Source: Octopus sinensis
Lineage: Eukaryota
Assembly: GCF_006345805.1 (NCBI RefSeq)
Contig: NC_043007.1
Location: 37,944,001-38,008,000, forward strand
DNA: 64,000 nt
Direction: 5' to 3'
The notes below the pieces were generated by a model. It was not told the DNA's origin, did no database searches, and saw only the letters and a list, made by a program, of their open reading frames with translations. Each line of letters begins with the position of its first letter. Position 1 is the stretch's first letter. Below are positions 1 through 13,324 of this stretch, in pieces. Made by a program: the position numbers and the translations under genes.

Positions 1-315
1 CAAGTCCCTCATCTCAAGAAGAAAACAACCTTCATTAACTCCTTCCATGCCCATGCCATAGAACTCACCTCTACCACCTCCACCAGCTCTCTCAACTTCT
101 TGGTCATCTCAATTTCTGTTGAACACCAATCTCTCTCCACTGGTGTCTTTTACAAACTCACTGATTCCCATTTCTACATAGATTTCACTTCATAGCACCC
201 CATTCATACTGAACTGGCTACCCCTACTCACAATTCCTCTGCATCTACTGCCAATATAGTCAAGTCAGAGTTTAAAGACCAGTCATACCATAAAGTCCAT
301 TTCTTTCTACAATGA
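1..315 (+). mobile_element. Decayed Penelope-like retroelement, RT C-terminal/thumb fragment
   Basis: Translation from 31: FINSFH..IELT..SLNFLVISI..STGVFYKLTDSHFYIDFTS*HP then a frameshift to PYSQFL. This matches the PLE motif order FLD..YxKPTDSHxYL..SxHP..IPYSQFLR. Contains a stop and a frameshift. Confidence 0.85.
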
Positions 316-499
316 TTTTATATATATATATATAGTGTATGGTAAGGTCAAGAAAAAAGAAATAGTTCATCTAGTGAGAGATAAATATTTTTTAATAAAC
401 ACAATATATATTTATGTGCTCATATTCTCAGCACATGAAACTAATAGTTGCACATAAAAATATATATTGTATTTAATAAAATTTTATATATATATATAG

Positions 500-985
500 T
501 GGAGGCGCAATGGCCCAGTGGTTAGGGCAGCAGACTTGCGGTCGTAGGATCACGATTTCGGGCATTGTGAGTGTCTATTGAGCAAAAACACCTAAAGCTC
601 CACGAGGCTCTGGCAGGGAGTGGTGGTGAACCCTGCTGTACTCTTTCACCACAACTTTCTCTCACTCTTTCTTCCTGTTTCTGTTGTGCCTGTATTTCAA
701 AGGGCCAGCCTTGTCACACTCTGTGTCATGCTGAATCTCCTCGAGAATTACATTAAGGGAGTCTGTGGAGTGCTCAGCCACTTGCATGTTAATAAATGAG
801 TTGTGACGTCACTGGTGCCAAGCTGTATTGGCCTTTGCCTTTCCCTTGGATAACATCGGTGGCATGGAGAGGGGAGGCTGGTATGCATGGGTGACTGCTG
901 GTCTTCCATAAACAACCTTGTCCAGACTTGTGCCTCAGAGGGTAACTTTCTAGGTGCAATTCCATGGTCATTCATGACTGAAGGA
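500..985 (+). mobile_element. tRNA-derived SINE family A fused to the 3' part of SINE family D
   Basis: Head GGAGGCGCAATGGCCCAGTGGTTAGG (A-box-like) matches 53877-54255. From ~796 the sequence matches the 13325-13647 and 14800-15040 family. Confidence 0.8.
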
Positions 986-1454
986 GGTCACATATATATA
1001 TAAATTATCTTTTAGTCAGGAAAGAAGGCAGTTCCCATGACCTTTCTCAGAGCCTGCAAGCCTGATAAAAGGTATGGAGGAAGGTATCCTCAAAATAGGG
1101 ATCGTCTCTGAATGCTAGCAACAGAGTGGATGCTGCCAAGAACACCTAAAGTGCCAGGTGGTGGTATTAAACTAGGTAACATGTTGTGTAACACCCAAAT
1201 AAGCCATGGTGGGATTTGAACTCAGAATGCAGAGAACCAGAACATGTGTCACAATGCATCCAATAAGACACTGTTACAGTTCCACCAATCCATAGCCTTA
1301 GATTGGTACTTATGTTTCTCATCGATTCTGAAAGGGTGAAAGGCAAAGTTGACCCCGGTAGGATTTGAACTCAGAGCAGCAAGAATCAGAACAAATGCAG
1401 CAAGATATTTTGTCTAACATTCCAATGAATCTGACAGCTATCATGCTATCACCA

Positions 1455-1690
1455 CTGACCATACTGCCTGCTGTTTATTCAATTCATCACCAAACCAATC
1501 TTCCCTTACCCTCCACTGTCAACCCTGCTGCTCAACCCCTCCAGCATAACATTGCACAACACTTCCGTCTTCTCCAAAATGACCCTGCTAGCTCTCACTT
1601 CTCTCCAGAACACACACTCCTCTCAACAATAATTCTGGGTGATCTTCTAGTCCAGTTACTTCATTTCTCACCATATGGTCTGGAACCTAG
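1455..1690 (+). mobile_element. Continuation of the Penelope-like ORF (RT-to-GIY-YIG linker), separated from 1-315 by SINE insertions
   Basis: ORF 1365..1811 segment PLQHNIAQHFRLLQNDPASSHF..LGDLLV resembles the PLE linker IIxRHFxxLQxDP..LRDxLV. Confidence 0.7.
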
Positions 1691-1764
1691 CCTATCCACA
1701 CACACATATATATATACATCTCATCTCTCTCTCTATATATATATATATATATACACACACAAAA

Positions 1765-2300
1765 AATTAAATACAAAATGGGACAAGAACGCAAAACATT
1801 CAGACAACTAAGTGATACAAAAGGGGGCAACAAAACATCCAGATAGACAATACAAAAAAAAACACGGAAGGGTCATTCGAAGGCTTTTATCTTCAGTCAA
1901 GAACTGGATCATCCTCACAATTTCAGCTGATTAATCTTGAGATTGCTCCAATCTGGCCAGCCCCAAGGAAAAACTAAGCTAAGAGCATTAGATTCCTTGG
2001 AAAAAAGCAACGAATGTATACAAAACAAGGACGGAAAAACAGACGATATTACACAAATACAAATATAAAATACAATAAAAAAAATAATAATAATAATAAT
2101 AATAATAACAGGACATAACAACAGGCGTCTTTTGACTGGGGACGAATTGAACTTTATAGAAAAACAAAGACAAAGAGAGGTGTGGGAACAACAAACAAGT
2201 GTATTAGTTTGACGCTTGGGAAAAATGGAAAAGCCTTTTATGTTTCGAGCCTACACTCCTCAACAGAAAGGAATAAGAGGAAATAAACAGAGAATGAAAA
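1765..2300 (-). mobile_element. Microsatellite-flanked non-autonomous element(s), probably Penelope-related terminal repeats
   Basis: 1765-1930 recurs at 19190-19347, also next to (TA)n. Ends with the hammerhead-like fold at 2234-2271. Confidence 0.5.
2234..2271 (-). ncRNA. Degenerate minimal type I hammerhead-like motif
   Basis: Minus strand CCTTT-CTGTTGA-G-GAGT/GTAG/GCTC-GAAA-CA-TA-AAAGG. Stems I and II pair. The core has U in place of A6 and stem III is broken. Confidence 0.5.
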
Positions 2301-2440
2301 AACATATTGAGCTACACACAGACACACAAATATATGCACACATATACATATGTGTGTATACACACACACACACACACAAATATGGTCAATGGTGATAGCA
2401 TGATAGCTATTATCAGATTTGTTAGAATGTCAGACTAATA

Positions 2441-3852
2441 GAAGGTGAAGTCAAAAGTTATCCGCACTTTTGCCATAACATATCTTTATTATAGTCACAC
2501 TGCCTTTTGTACATGTGCTTATAGTTGGTACTATTGTGGTCACATGATTGAAGTTTGAACCTGATCGCACCATTTTTCTTTCTGGCTTTACAGTGTAAAC
2601 ATGGCTGCTCTGCTAGCAATGTGCACCAAAGAAGAACAAAGAGCAGTGATCCAATTTCTCTGGTAGTAAGGTGTGTCAGGTGCTGAAAATTATTCACAAT
2701 GAGCCGTTTCCATAAAGTCTGTGCAAGACGGGTGCCAAGAGGACTTACTGCAGAGCACAAGTGCAAAGGTCTTGAATTTTGTCAATGTTTACTCGATCAC
2801 TACAACAATGAGGGTGAGGAATTTTCAAGCAGAACAGTCACAGGAGATGAAATGTGTGTTCATCATTATAGGCACAGGAGTGGCTGTGTGGTAAGTAGCT
2901 TGCTTACCAACCACATGGTTCCGGGTTCAGTCCCACTGCGTGGCACCTTGGGCAAGTGTCTTCTACTATAGCCTCGAGCCGACCAAAGCCTTGTGAGTGG
3001 ATCTGGTAGACAGAAACTGAAAGAAGCCCGTCGTATATATGTATATGTATATATATGTGTGTCTGTCCCCCAACATCGCCTGACAATCGATGCTGGTGTG
3101 TTTATGTCACCGTAACTTAGCAGTTCAGCAAAAGAGACCGATAGAATAAGTACTAGGCTTACAAAGAATAAGTCCTGGGGTTGATTTGCTCGACTAAAGG
3201 CGGTGCTCCAGCATGGCCGCAGTCAAATGACTGAAACAAGTAAAAGAGAGAAAAAAGAGACTAAAAGAGGCCGAATCCAAAAGACAAAATATGGAGTGAA
3301 AAAATCCTGGCTCGCCAGTGACAAATTCAGGACCCAGTCTTTCACAGGAAAGGTGATGCTAACCCTTTTGGGGGACTCAAAAGGGCTTATACTGGAAGAC
3401 TAACTGGAAAAGGAATGTATGATCAACAGTGCAAGATACAGTGCTTTGCTGGCCAACAAACAGAAGCCATTAATTTGTACCAAATGCCAAAGCCTGTTAT
3501 CAAAGAAAGTTTTGTTGTTGCATGACAATGCACACCCACTACACCCACACATGGCAGCCCAGTCTGTTGAAAGCATTAACCAATTGTGCTAAAAGCCTCC
3601 AATGTATTTCAGCACCTGGCACACTTTCCAACTAGAGAAATCAGATCACAGCTCTTTGTTCTTTAGTGCACATTGCTGGTGGAGTGGCCGTTCTTACACT
3701 ATAAAGTCAGAAAGAAAATTGGTGCAATCGGGCTCAAATTTCAATCACATAACGACAATAGTACCAAGTATAAGCACACATGCGCAAAAGGAGGTGTGAC
3801 AATAATAAAGATATGTCATGGCGAAAGTGTGAATAATTTTTGACTTCCTCTC
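2441..3852 (+). mobile_element. Decayed mariner (Tc1/mariner) DNA transposon interrupted by a SINE
   Basis: ~40-bp TIRs (gaagtcaaaagttatccgcactttt / aaagtgtgaataatttttgacttc). Transposase motifs KVCARRVPRGLT, VTGDEMCVHHY, GKVMLT and LLHDNAHP. Confidence 0.9.
2870..3250 (+). mobile_element. SINE family B (tRNA head, CORE-like ACCTTGGGCAAGT, internal (TA)n(TG)n) inserted in the mariner ORF
   Basis: High similarity to copies at ~4400-4750(-), 5755-6117(+), 19930-20318(-), 24309-24750(+) and others. Confidence 0.9.
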
Positions 3853-3928
3853 ATATATATATATTATATATATAATATAGTATATATATATATATATGTA
3901 TACACACACACACACACACACATATATA

Positions 3929-4284
3929 TCTCTTCTATAACGGCAGTTTGTCTGTTGCGTCTGTGTGTCTGTTTTCTCTACCCTCACCCTGACCACGGCT
4001 TTCAACCGATTCATGATGAAACTTGACACATAGCCCAATGTCATATTCAAAACACACAGCGAAAATTTTGAAAAGTTCCCCCAGTTCTGAAAAAATCGAT
4101 AAATCGACATGGGGTCGAGAATCAGAAACCCAAACCATAGAGCGTCTAGGGGACGCAACTCCACCTTTTTTAACTCTGAAAAAATTTACCATCATTTTTT
4201 TTCTATTTTTTGGCTATAACTCTCTAAAAATGCTTTATAGTTATTTCCCTTACAAACCTGAGCAACGCCGGGCGATACTGCTAG
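3929..4284 (+). mobile_element. Non-autonomous Helitron
   Basis: A|TC start, subterminal hairpin CCTGAGCAACGCCGGG and CTAG|T end. The same 3' end occurs at 55545 and 61977. Confidence 0.8.
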
Positions 4285-4320
4285 TATTTATATATATGTA
4301 GGTCCCGGGTTGAGTCGGGG

Positions 4321-4353
<33 letters not shown>

Positions 4354-4399
4354 ACACATATACAGATATATCATATATATATATCTCTTTTTCTCTTTT

Positions 4400-4747
4400 T
4401 TCTCTTTTACTTGTTTCAGTCATCTGACCGCAGCCATGCTGGAGCACCGCCTTTAATCGAGCAAATCGACCCCGGGACTTATTCTTTTGTAAGCCTAGTA
4501 CTTATTCTATCAGCCTCTTTTGCCAAACCGCTAAGTAACAGGGACATAAACACACACGCATATATATATATATATATACATATATATGATGGGCTTCTTT
4601 CAGTTTCCGTCTACCAAATCCACTCACAAGGCTTTGGTCGGCCTGAGGCTATAGTAGAAGACACTTGCCCAAAGTTCCACACGCAGTGGCACTGAACCCG
4701 GAACCATGTGGTTGGTAAACAAGCTACTTACCACACAGCCACTCCTG

Positions 4748-4750
<3 letters not shown>
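4400..4750 (-). mobile_element. SINE family B
   Basis: Reverse complement of 2870-3250. Confidence 0.85.
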
Positions 4751-4778
<28 letters not shown>

Positions 4779-5208
4779 ACATACATACATACATACATAC
4801 ACACACACACATTGCCATGTATGTGTAATCTAGTGCCTTCAGCTTGCACCAACTGCATTTTTACATTTCGTGACTTTTGGCCCAGCTTATACTTAAATAC
4901 AGTGTGTGTGTGTGTAAATATCAAAATTGTCATGGCTGGAGGTGTGTCCAACTAAGATTATTTATGGATAATGTTTACTTATTCTTCCTAACATAAATAA
5001 CCATAACATCAACACATATATACACATACAGAAAATTACACACACTCACTGACACAAATTCACCTTAGGTCATGTTATGTTAGTCAGAGAGGTGGGGTTT
5101 AGGCAGGCAAACAAGAAGTGTGAAATCTCAGGCATTACAAACAAAATTATGGTGGGAAACTGAAGACGCTGATGTGAAATAGATGAACTATTACAGTAAA
5201 TTGCAAAC

Positions 5209-5244
<36 letters not shown>

Positions 5245-5754
5245 TGTATATTTTAACTTGTACTGGTTTCAGTCATTGGACTGCAGCCATACTGAGGAAC
5301 TGCCTTAAAGGATTTATTGAACAAATCAACCCCAGTGCTTTTTTTTTATGGCTGATGCTTATTCTGATAGTCCCTTTTGCTAAACTGCTAAGTTTCAACG
5401 GACATAAACATACCAATATTAGTAGTCAGGTAGTCATGGGGGCACAAACGCACATGCATGCACACACACACACAACAATATTTTTTTTTCAGTTTGCATC
5501 TAGCAATTCCTTTCACAAAGCTTTGGTCAACTTGAGACTATAGCAGAATATACTCGCTTACGGTACCACATAATGGGACAACTCAAAATTATGTGGTTGG
5601 GAAGTAAAACTTCTTACAACACAACCACACTAGTACCTATATATCTTATTTAGCAGCAAAGTGTCGTCAGTGATTAGAGGGTCAAGGGTTTTGTGCACTG
5701 CACTTGCCAGACTAATTCATATGCAATTCTGGGCCTTTGATTTATTATTTAGGT

Positions 5755-5854
5755 AACCTTGGGCAGGTGTCTTCTACTATAGCCTCAGGCCAACCAAAGC
5801 CTTGTGAGTGGATTTGGTAGATGGAAACTGAAAGAAGCCCGTCGTATGTATGTG

Positions 5855-5910
<56 letters not shown>

Positions 5911-6117
5911 ATGTGTATATGTTTCTGTGTTTGTCCCCCTAACATCGCTTGACAACCAATGCTGGTGTGTTTATGTCCCCGTAACTTAGCAGTTCGGCAA
6001 AAGACACCAATAGAATAAGTACTAGGCTTATAAAGAATAAGTCCTGGGGTCGATGTGCTCGACTAAAGGCGGTGCTCCAGCATGGCCATAGCCAAATGAC
6101 TGAAAAGAGTAAAAGAG
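5755..6117 (+). mobile_element. SINE family B, 5'-truncated
   Basis: Matches family B from ACCTTGGGCA to the GACTGAAA tail. Confidence 0.85.
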
Positions 6118-6119
6118 TA

Positions 6120-6546
6120 TATGTGCAAAGGGTAGACCAGAGAAGACATGGGACGAAATGGAGAGGAAGGATCTTTGGACACTGGGCCTCACTGTGGAAA
6201 TGACAAGGGACCGGGAGATGTGGTGATTTGCTGTACTTGATAAGACATGTCAAGCTAAGTAAAATTTCTGTCTTCCACATATACAGGCCAGTCCTTTCAG
6301 GTGCTGGTGCCACATAAAAAGCACCCATGCCAGTGCTGCATAAATGTACCCATGCCAATGCTGCATTAATGCACATGTACTGGTGGTACATAAAAAGCAG
6401 CCAGCACAATGTTAAGTGGTTGGTGTTAGCCATAGAAATCCTGGCACAACAGACAATAGGAATCTGGACAGCTCCCAGCTGGCCAGCACCATGTCAAACT
6501 TTCCAACCCATGCCAGCATGGAAAGCAAACGTTAAATGATGATGAT
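6120..6546 (+). mobile_element. RTE-clade LINE 3' end with (ATG)n tail
   Basis: KGRPEKTWDEMERKDL..LGL..DREMW motif. The 3' UTR is shared with 24762-24948(-) and 34490-34724. Ends in GTTAAATGATGATGAT. Confidence 0.75.
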
Positions 6547-6823
6547 TTAACATTTGTTTTCTATGCTGGCAAGAATTGGGCAAGATGGACTGATGAAACA
6601 GAGGACTGCAATGAGCTCCAATGTCTGCTTTTGGCATAGTCTCTGCAGCTGGATGTCCTTCTTAATGCCAAACACTTAATAGAGTGCACAGGATTCATTT
6701 TTCATGACAATGACACAGCTGAGGTCACCAAGTAACACACAAGGCAAGGACCCTTATATGAGTGAGGATATAGAAATTGAGGTAAGCGAAATATGATAAT
6801 GGGGCAGGAATAAAGATGTCTTA

Positions 6824-7052
6824 TTAACTCTTTCGTTACTGTATTTATTTTGAGATGCTCTGTGTTTCTTTCAATTATTTTAAATATAACAAAGAATTTA
6901 GTTTAATAATTTGGTTATCATTAAGCTAGTGTTAGGAACATAAATCGTGACTAAGGTCTGTTGGAAGATTTTAATTAAAAACTTATGAAAATGAGACATT
7001 TGTACTACAGAGCCAGAGCCGGTTTCAGCCGGGTTGGTATCAAAAGGGTTAA
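6824..7052. mobile_element. TTAA-flanked piggyBac-like MITE
   Basis: TTAA-CTCTTT...AAAGGG-TTAA. Second copy at 23749-23970. Confidence 0.75.
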
Positions 7053-7545
7053 AGAGGAGATACATGGTTTTCCTAGCTAGAGAGAGAGTGATGGGAAGGC
7101 ATACCCTCAAGGTGCATGGTTAATATAAGAATGAAAATAGGGACAAAGGAACAGAGAGGGTGAGTAGATAATTCTAAGAGAGTGTGAAAAGAGTGTGACA
7201 AATGGTTAGAGAAGAGGACTGAGGTGGACATAGTGAACAAAGCACACAGGTAGAGGCATGGTCAAAGTGAATATCAATTTCCAAGGAAGCAAAGGAAATA
7301 GGAGCGGGTCTGGGAAGAGGTGATAAGGGACAGTAATGAGGAGATGATGATGATGATATATATACACACCACACACACATACATACATACTGTCAGTAAA
7401 TCATAAATCTGGAAGAGAAGCATACTCTAAGTTATAGAGCAGTAGAGTATTTTGAAAAAGATAGTTATGGCCAGTTCATAGGGTTAGCCAGGATTTCGCA
7501 TCCATAAAATGCTTAGCTTTACATATGTCTCATCAAAAATTAATG

Positions 7546-7763
7546 GCTGGCTGGCTGGCTGGCTGGCTGCTGGCTGGCGGGAGGGCGGGCTGCGGGCGGG
7601 CGGGCGGGCGGGCGGCGGGCGGGCGGCGGGGGGCGGGCAGACAGACAGACAGACAGGACAGACAGACAGACAGATATACAGATAGATAGATAGATAGATA
7701 TAGATAGATAGATAGATAGACGATAGAGTACAGATAGATAGATAGATAGATAGATAGATATAC

Positions 7764-7796
<33 letters not shown>

Positions 7797-7827
7797 TACA
7801 GATAGATATACAGATAGATAGATATAC

Positions 7828-7864
<37 letters not shown>

Positions 7865-7865
7865 C

Positions 7866-7910
<45 letters not shown>

Positions 7911-7937
7911 CAGATAGATAGATAGATAGATAGATAG

Positions 7938-7990
<53 letters not shown>

Positions 7991-8093
7991 TATAGATAGA
8001 TAGATAGATATACAGATAGATAGATAGATATACAGATAGATAGATAGATATACAGATAGATAGATAGATATACAGATAGATAGATAGATATAC

Positions 8094-8143
<50 letters not shown>

Positions 8144-8151
8144 ATAGATAC

Positions 8152-8208
<57 letters not shown>

Positions 8209-8348
8209 TAGATAGATAGATACAGATAGATAGATACAGATAGATACAGATAGATAGATACAGATAGATAGATACAGATAGATAGATACAGATAGATAGA
8301 TACAGAATGATAGATACAGAATGATAGATACAGATAGATAGATAGATA
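7546..8348. repeat. Compound tetranucleotide array (GGCT)n-(GGGC)n-(CAGA)n-(GATA)n
   Basis: Directly visible; about 690 bp of it is GATA/GATACA. Confidence 0.95.
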
Positions 8349-9300
8349 TGTTTATTGCCCACACAGGGCTGAACACAAAGGGGACAAAATACAAAGTAGA
8401 GCTTTTCTTTTTGGGAAGAGAAGAAGGAAAAAAAGAAGAAAAAAGAGGGGAGTAAAAATTTGATCAAAAGGGATCATTAAAAAAAATTTTTTTTTAAAGC
8501 CAATTAATAGGGATCGTGTATCACAGAAATGTCATAGTGTAAAAAGGGAAGATTAGGTTTATCTGTGGAAAGAAAAGCCTACGGAAAAGACCACAGTAAC
8601 CTCAGGCAATAATGTCATGCAAAAAAACACATTACGGTAAGTGACTCTTTTTTCCATTCTTTTTTTGGGTCCATAGGATTATGCTCAAGGTGTCTTTGTC
8701 ATTCACACACGCCATCCTTGCTACATTCACCCATCTTTTTTTGAAACATTCACTAGACAAAACTTCCCTCTCTACTCTCACCTTCCTCTTCAAGTGATAC
8801 TTGAAGAAGTTGAAAGATTCACCAGAGAGGAAAGTGTTTGTCTCTAGACCTTTCAGATGCATCCACCATACACATTCTTTCACCATAGCCACAAGTAGGA
8901 TGAAAATGACTCTTCCTTCCCATTCCAAGGAAGGAGGCGCGACAATATTCATGATAGACTCAGTTGATAAACTGACTCATCCCACACGCGATAGCAATCA
9001 TTCAACATAGGCCCACAGGTCAGAAATGGTTGGACACTGTATGAGTGTGTGCAGAATGGTTTCATCACTCTGACTGCATCTTGGGCAGGTCGGCCCCGTG
9101 TTTCTTGAGCTTATCCTGAACGGGTAGCGCTTCTCGATAGCACTGCCAAGTCAGGGATCACTGGAAGTTGTCCATAGGTCCCAGCCCGAAAGTCGTCTTG
9201 AACAGGCGGGTCAGGTAATTCCTCATTGACACCCCGGTTCACCCAGAGATCGTCGTCGTACCTCCCCTCCACTAATCCCCTATAGAATGCCTTGGTTATG
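8349..9300 (-). mobile_element. Tx1/L1-clade LINE, 5'-truncated 3' end
   Basis: Zinc knuckle CPRCSQSDETILHTLIQCP (~9033-9090), C-terminal FKKRW, and AATAAA (8351-8356) running directly into (TATC)n. Confidence 0.85.
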
Positions 9301-10550
9301 TTGATGTGTCTATGCTAAAGTCATCACAAGCTTGAGTCAGTGAATAAGTGAAAACAGTGCAATTTCAGTTGAAGATGAACCCATATTTGTTATTTTTCAA
9401 AAACATTTTCATTTTGGTACCAGTATTTCTGAATATCTGTAAGAACTTACTAAATAAGGAATTTTTATTCTTTTTAAAAAAAAGGTTGGGAGCCACCAGA
9501 AGGCTGCTTGAGAGACACATGTGTCTCTGAAAGACAGGGTTGAGAACTGCTGGTACAGAGGGAAAAGAGTGTAAAAGTTAGACAGAGAGAGAATTAATGA
9601 CACACATTTTTAAAAAGAAATTTTGCAGTGGTAGGTTTTTGATGAAGTAGATAGTGATTAAGTTGGTAAAATTTAGAAAACTAACATTTATTGCAAATAT
9701 ACAAATGAGATATTTGTTTTATTTAATTTTGAAAATTAGCATTCATTTCGCCATTTTGTACAAGCACAAGAAATTCAATAAAAATTGAAAAATTCTTCAA
9801 GGTGGTGCCCCAGCAAGGCTGTCGTCTAATGACTGAAACAAGTAAAATAAAAGATTATAATGATTGTATGTATGCCATATTTCCTGATATTACCCATGGT
9901 GGCAAAAGTGTACTTTCAAAGTATGGCGAGTAACATGCTAGAGTATATATATCGGTGTATGTATATATCTATATCTACCTATCTATCTATATCTCTATAT
10001 CTCTATTTATATCTCTATCTATCTATCTATCTCTATATATATGTATTTATCAAATGATGATGATAATAGATATTTGTGAGTACACACGTACACACACACA
10101 CATTCTTCATTTCCCTAACTGATCTCTTTCAGATGTTGCTGAAATTCCAATTGGCCTACTTCCTCTACTACTGGCACACCACAACACTACACATCAAAGG
10201 ATATCAACTCCAGCAACGCTACAACATGGCACAACTCTTATAACAATGATCACTACAATCAGCTCTCTCTCCCCCTTTTTATCATGTGACCTACAAGCAC
10301 CTAAGCATGTAAATTTAGTTTTATATTAATGCAAATATTAAGGTGATGAGCTGGTAGAATTGTTAGCACATTGAACAAAATACTTAGCGACGTTTCTTCC
10401 ACCTTTACGTTCTCAATTCAAATTTTGCCGATTTCCACTTGGCTTTTTCATCCTTTCATGGTTGATAAAATAACTACCCATTGAACACTGGGGTTGATGT
10501 AGTCGACAAGCCTCTGCCACCCAAATTTTAGGCCTTGTGCCTACAGTAAA

Positions 10551-10586
<36 letters not shown>

Positions 10587-11408
10587 TGTGTCATTGAGTA
10601 TGGATAGCTGCATACACGTTTTTTTTATATTTAAAAGTCAAGATAGAAGGAAGTGCCCATGACCCTTCATGGACCATCTGAGACTGGCAGGAGAGCTAAA
10701 TCCTGAACTAGGTAACTGATGCTCTGACATCAGTTGGAAAAGTCATCATGGTCCAAGACAGTTCTTATTTGGAGTTACTACCCTCCTTGGTTGGCTGAGG
10801 ACCACATCTCGCTCAAGTTTCATTTCTGATATGGTTTCTACTAAGTGGATGCTCTATCATCAACCACTTTACAGGACACAATGAGTGCCTTGTAACATAT
10901 ATGGTGCCAACTGTGGAGGGCTTGTTATGCCCCCAGCAAACCAAAGATTCCTCTCAATGCTACATTGTCTTCATCATGTGTGTGTGTGTGTGTGTGTGTG
11001 TGCATACATTCACACATATATTCATATATGTTGGTTTCTTCTTTCATACTTTAACTCCTAATCTCCTAGTATAACACTGCTTCCCTCTCTATTGGAGCCC
11101 CTCTCAGCCAAAGGGGATCTTAGTCTTGAAAGGTGCATGATGTCCTCAGTAATGCAAGGGTAAAAAAAAAAGCACCTAGTACATGCTGTAAATTAGTGGG
11201 CATGAGGAAAGGCATCCAGCCAAAGAAACCCTACCAAAGCAGACACTGAAGCACAACCCAGTCTTTGAAACCGTCGATCCTATGAAACAGTCCAACCCAG
11301 GTCACCGAACACTGACAATAATGATGATAAGGATGGTAATATGTGCATGACATTTTACACACACACACACAATACTTAAATATCTATCACCCATACACGC
11401 ACACATGT

Positions 11409-11449
<41 letters not shown>

Positions 11450-12542
11450 CATGTATGTATATATGGCAGTGGGACCCTGTTATGTCCCAATTACTGCTGT
11501 CATCTTTCGCAAACTAATAATTACCATGAAGTAGGTGCAACCAAAAACAGAAGATTTTGATCAAACAAGATCACGACCATTATCAACAACAACTAGAATA
11601 ATGAGTGAGGCTCTAAGTGGTCATTCATCCTGCTAGTGATAGCAGCCAAATCTCTATCAAACCACATCCTGCTTTCTTAGAAATAAAGCACATTACTTAT
11701 TGCAGTCCTAGATAAACAAAATGGGATTGTCATGGACGGAATGTTTTTAATCTTAATGCTGCATAATCTAAATAAAAGACAACAAGAATAGACTATTTGC
11801 AAATGAATAAAACTTGAGAATTCGGAAATGGAGAGAGTGACATAGTGGGGTGAAATGAGGTGGGGGGTATCAGACTGACATCATAGGGAGGAGGTCTACA
11901 GAGAAAACTCTACATACATGTAAATATATACATAAACACATGCAGTAAATACACAGTAGAATACACACACACACACACACATACTCAAATATTTATATAC
12001 ACATTCACAAAAACATACACATATGTACACATACAGAAACAAATGTAGTTACTTAAAGTATGGTTAACTATGTTTGTGTAAATTTGTCATGCTGTATGTA
12101 TGTGAGTGTGGTATGTGTTTGTGTCTGTGAAGTACTTGTATATATATATATATATATATATATGGGTGGCTGATTGCATGGTTGGGGAAATGGAAGTCTG
12201 TAGCAAAAAAGCAGTTTCCTAAAATAGGAAGAAAAAACATGTTGAGCAGTTTCTCCCATTAGTCTGTGTGAGATACAGTGTCCGTACATGGGCGTTTGTT
12301 TCCAACAAGATAAAAAAAAAAAAAAAGAATCTGTTGAGTAGGGTAAATTCCTTAAGTGCCTTCAAACAGAGAAAACAGTCTACAAAAGGAAAAAAAAATT
12401 AAGGAAGCCCAAAAGATTTTGGATGGTTGTTATATTGTTATTAATATTATTATTAAAGGAGTTGTAGCAAGTGATCAGTAGAGTATTTGCTAAGAGCAGT
12501 GATAACATACACATACAGCCACGCACACACACACACACACAC

Positions 12543-12583
<41 letters not shown>

Positions 12584-13324
12584 TTAGACATACATTTATA
12601 TACATATGCATACACACACACAGCTGTACATAAAATTATCTACACATATTTGCATACATTAGAAACTAAATATAAAATACAGTATTGTAGTGTGTGTGTG
12701 TGTGCGTGCGCGTGTGTGTGTGTACACACCCTCAGCTCCAGATGGAGTCATAGAGGGATGATCCTGACACAGCAGTGTTTTGGATATTATTAAACATGGC
12801 AGAGCCCATCCTTCTCCTGATCTGAATACAACTAATTTCTTACAGAAATGTAGGGAGACAGACACACAAACAAAGAAGAGTCAACCATAATACAGGACTA
12901 GTTCTTTATTCATCAACCCCAGAAGGATGAAAAAGCAAAGAGATTTTAGTGTCATATGAACTCAGAGTGCAGACTATCAGAATGAATGCTGCAATACAAT
13001 ACAATCTATCCAACACTAATGACTCTGCCAATCACCATTTGTGTATATTGCAATTGAATTCGGCACATGGAAACTAAAAGAAGCCCATTATATATGTATG
13101 TGTGTGTGTCTTTGCCTCCCACGACTGCTACACAACTGGTGTTGGTTTATGTCCCCATAACCTAGCAGTTCGGCAAAAAAACCCGATAGACTAAGTACTA
13201 GGCTTTGAAACAAAGTTCTGGGGTTGATTTATTCAACTAAAACTTCTTCAACGTGGTGTCCTTGCATGGCTACAGTCTAATGACTGAAACAATAAATATA
13301 TATATATATATATATATGTGGGGA

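Noticed and set aside
500-570. tRNA genes at SINE heads (also ~13575-13647, 16255-16330, 54180-54255)
   Set aside because: A/B boxes are present, but they continue into SINE bodies and lack a complete cloverleaf.
5160-5197. CTGAAGA..GAAA..TAG/CTA hammerhead-like match
   Set aside because: Stem I and stem II do not pair.
7484-8467. Long 327/284-aa ORFs (YLSI repeats)
   Set aside because: Stop-free reading of (TATC)n.
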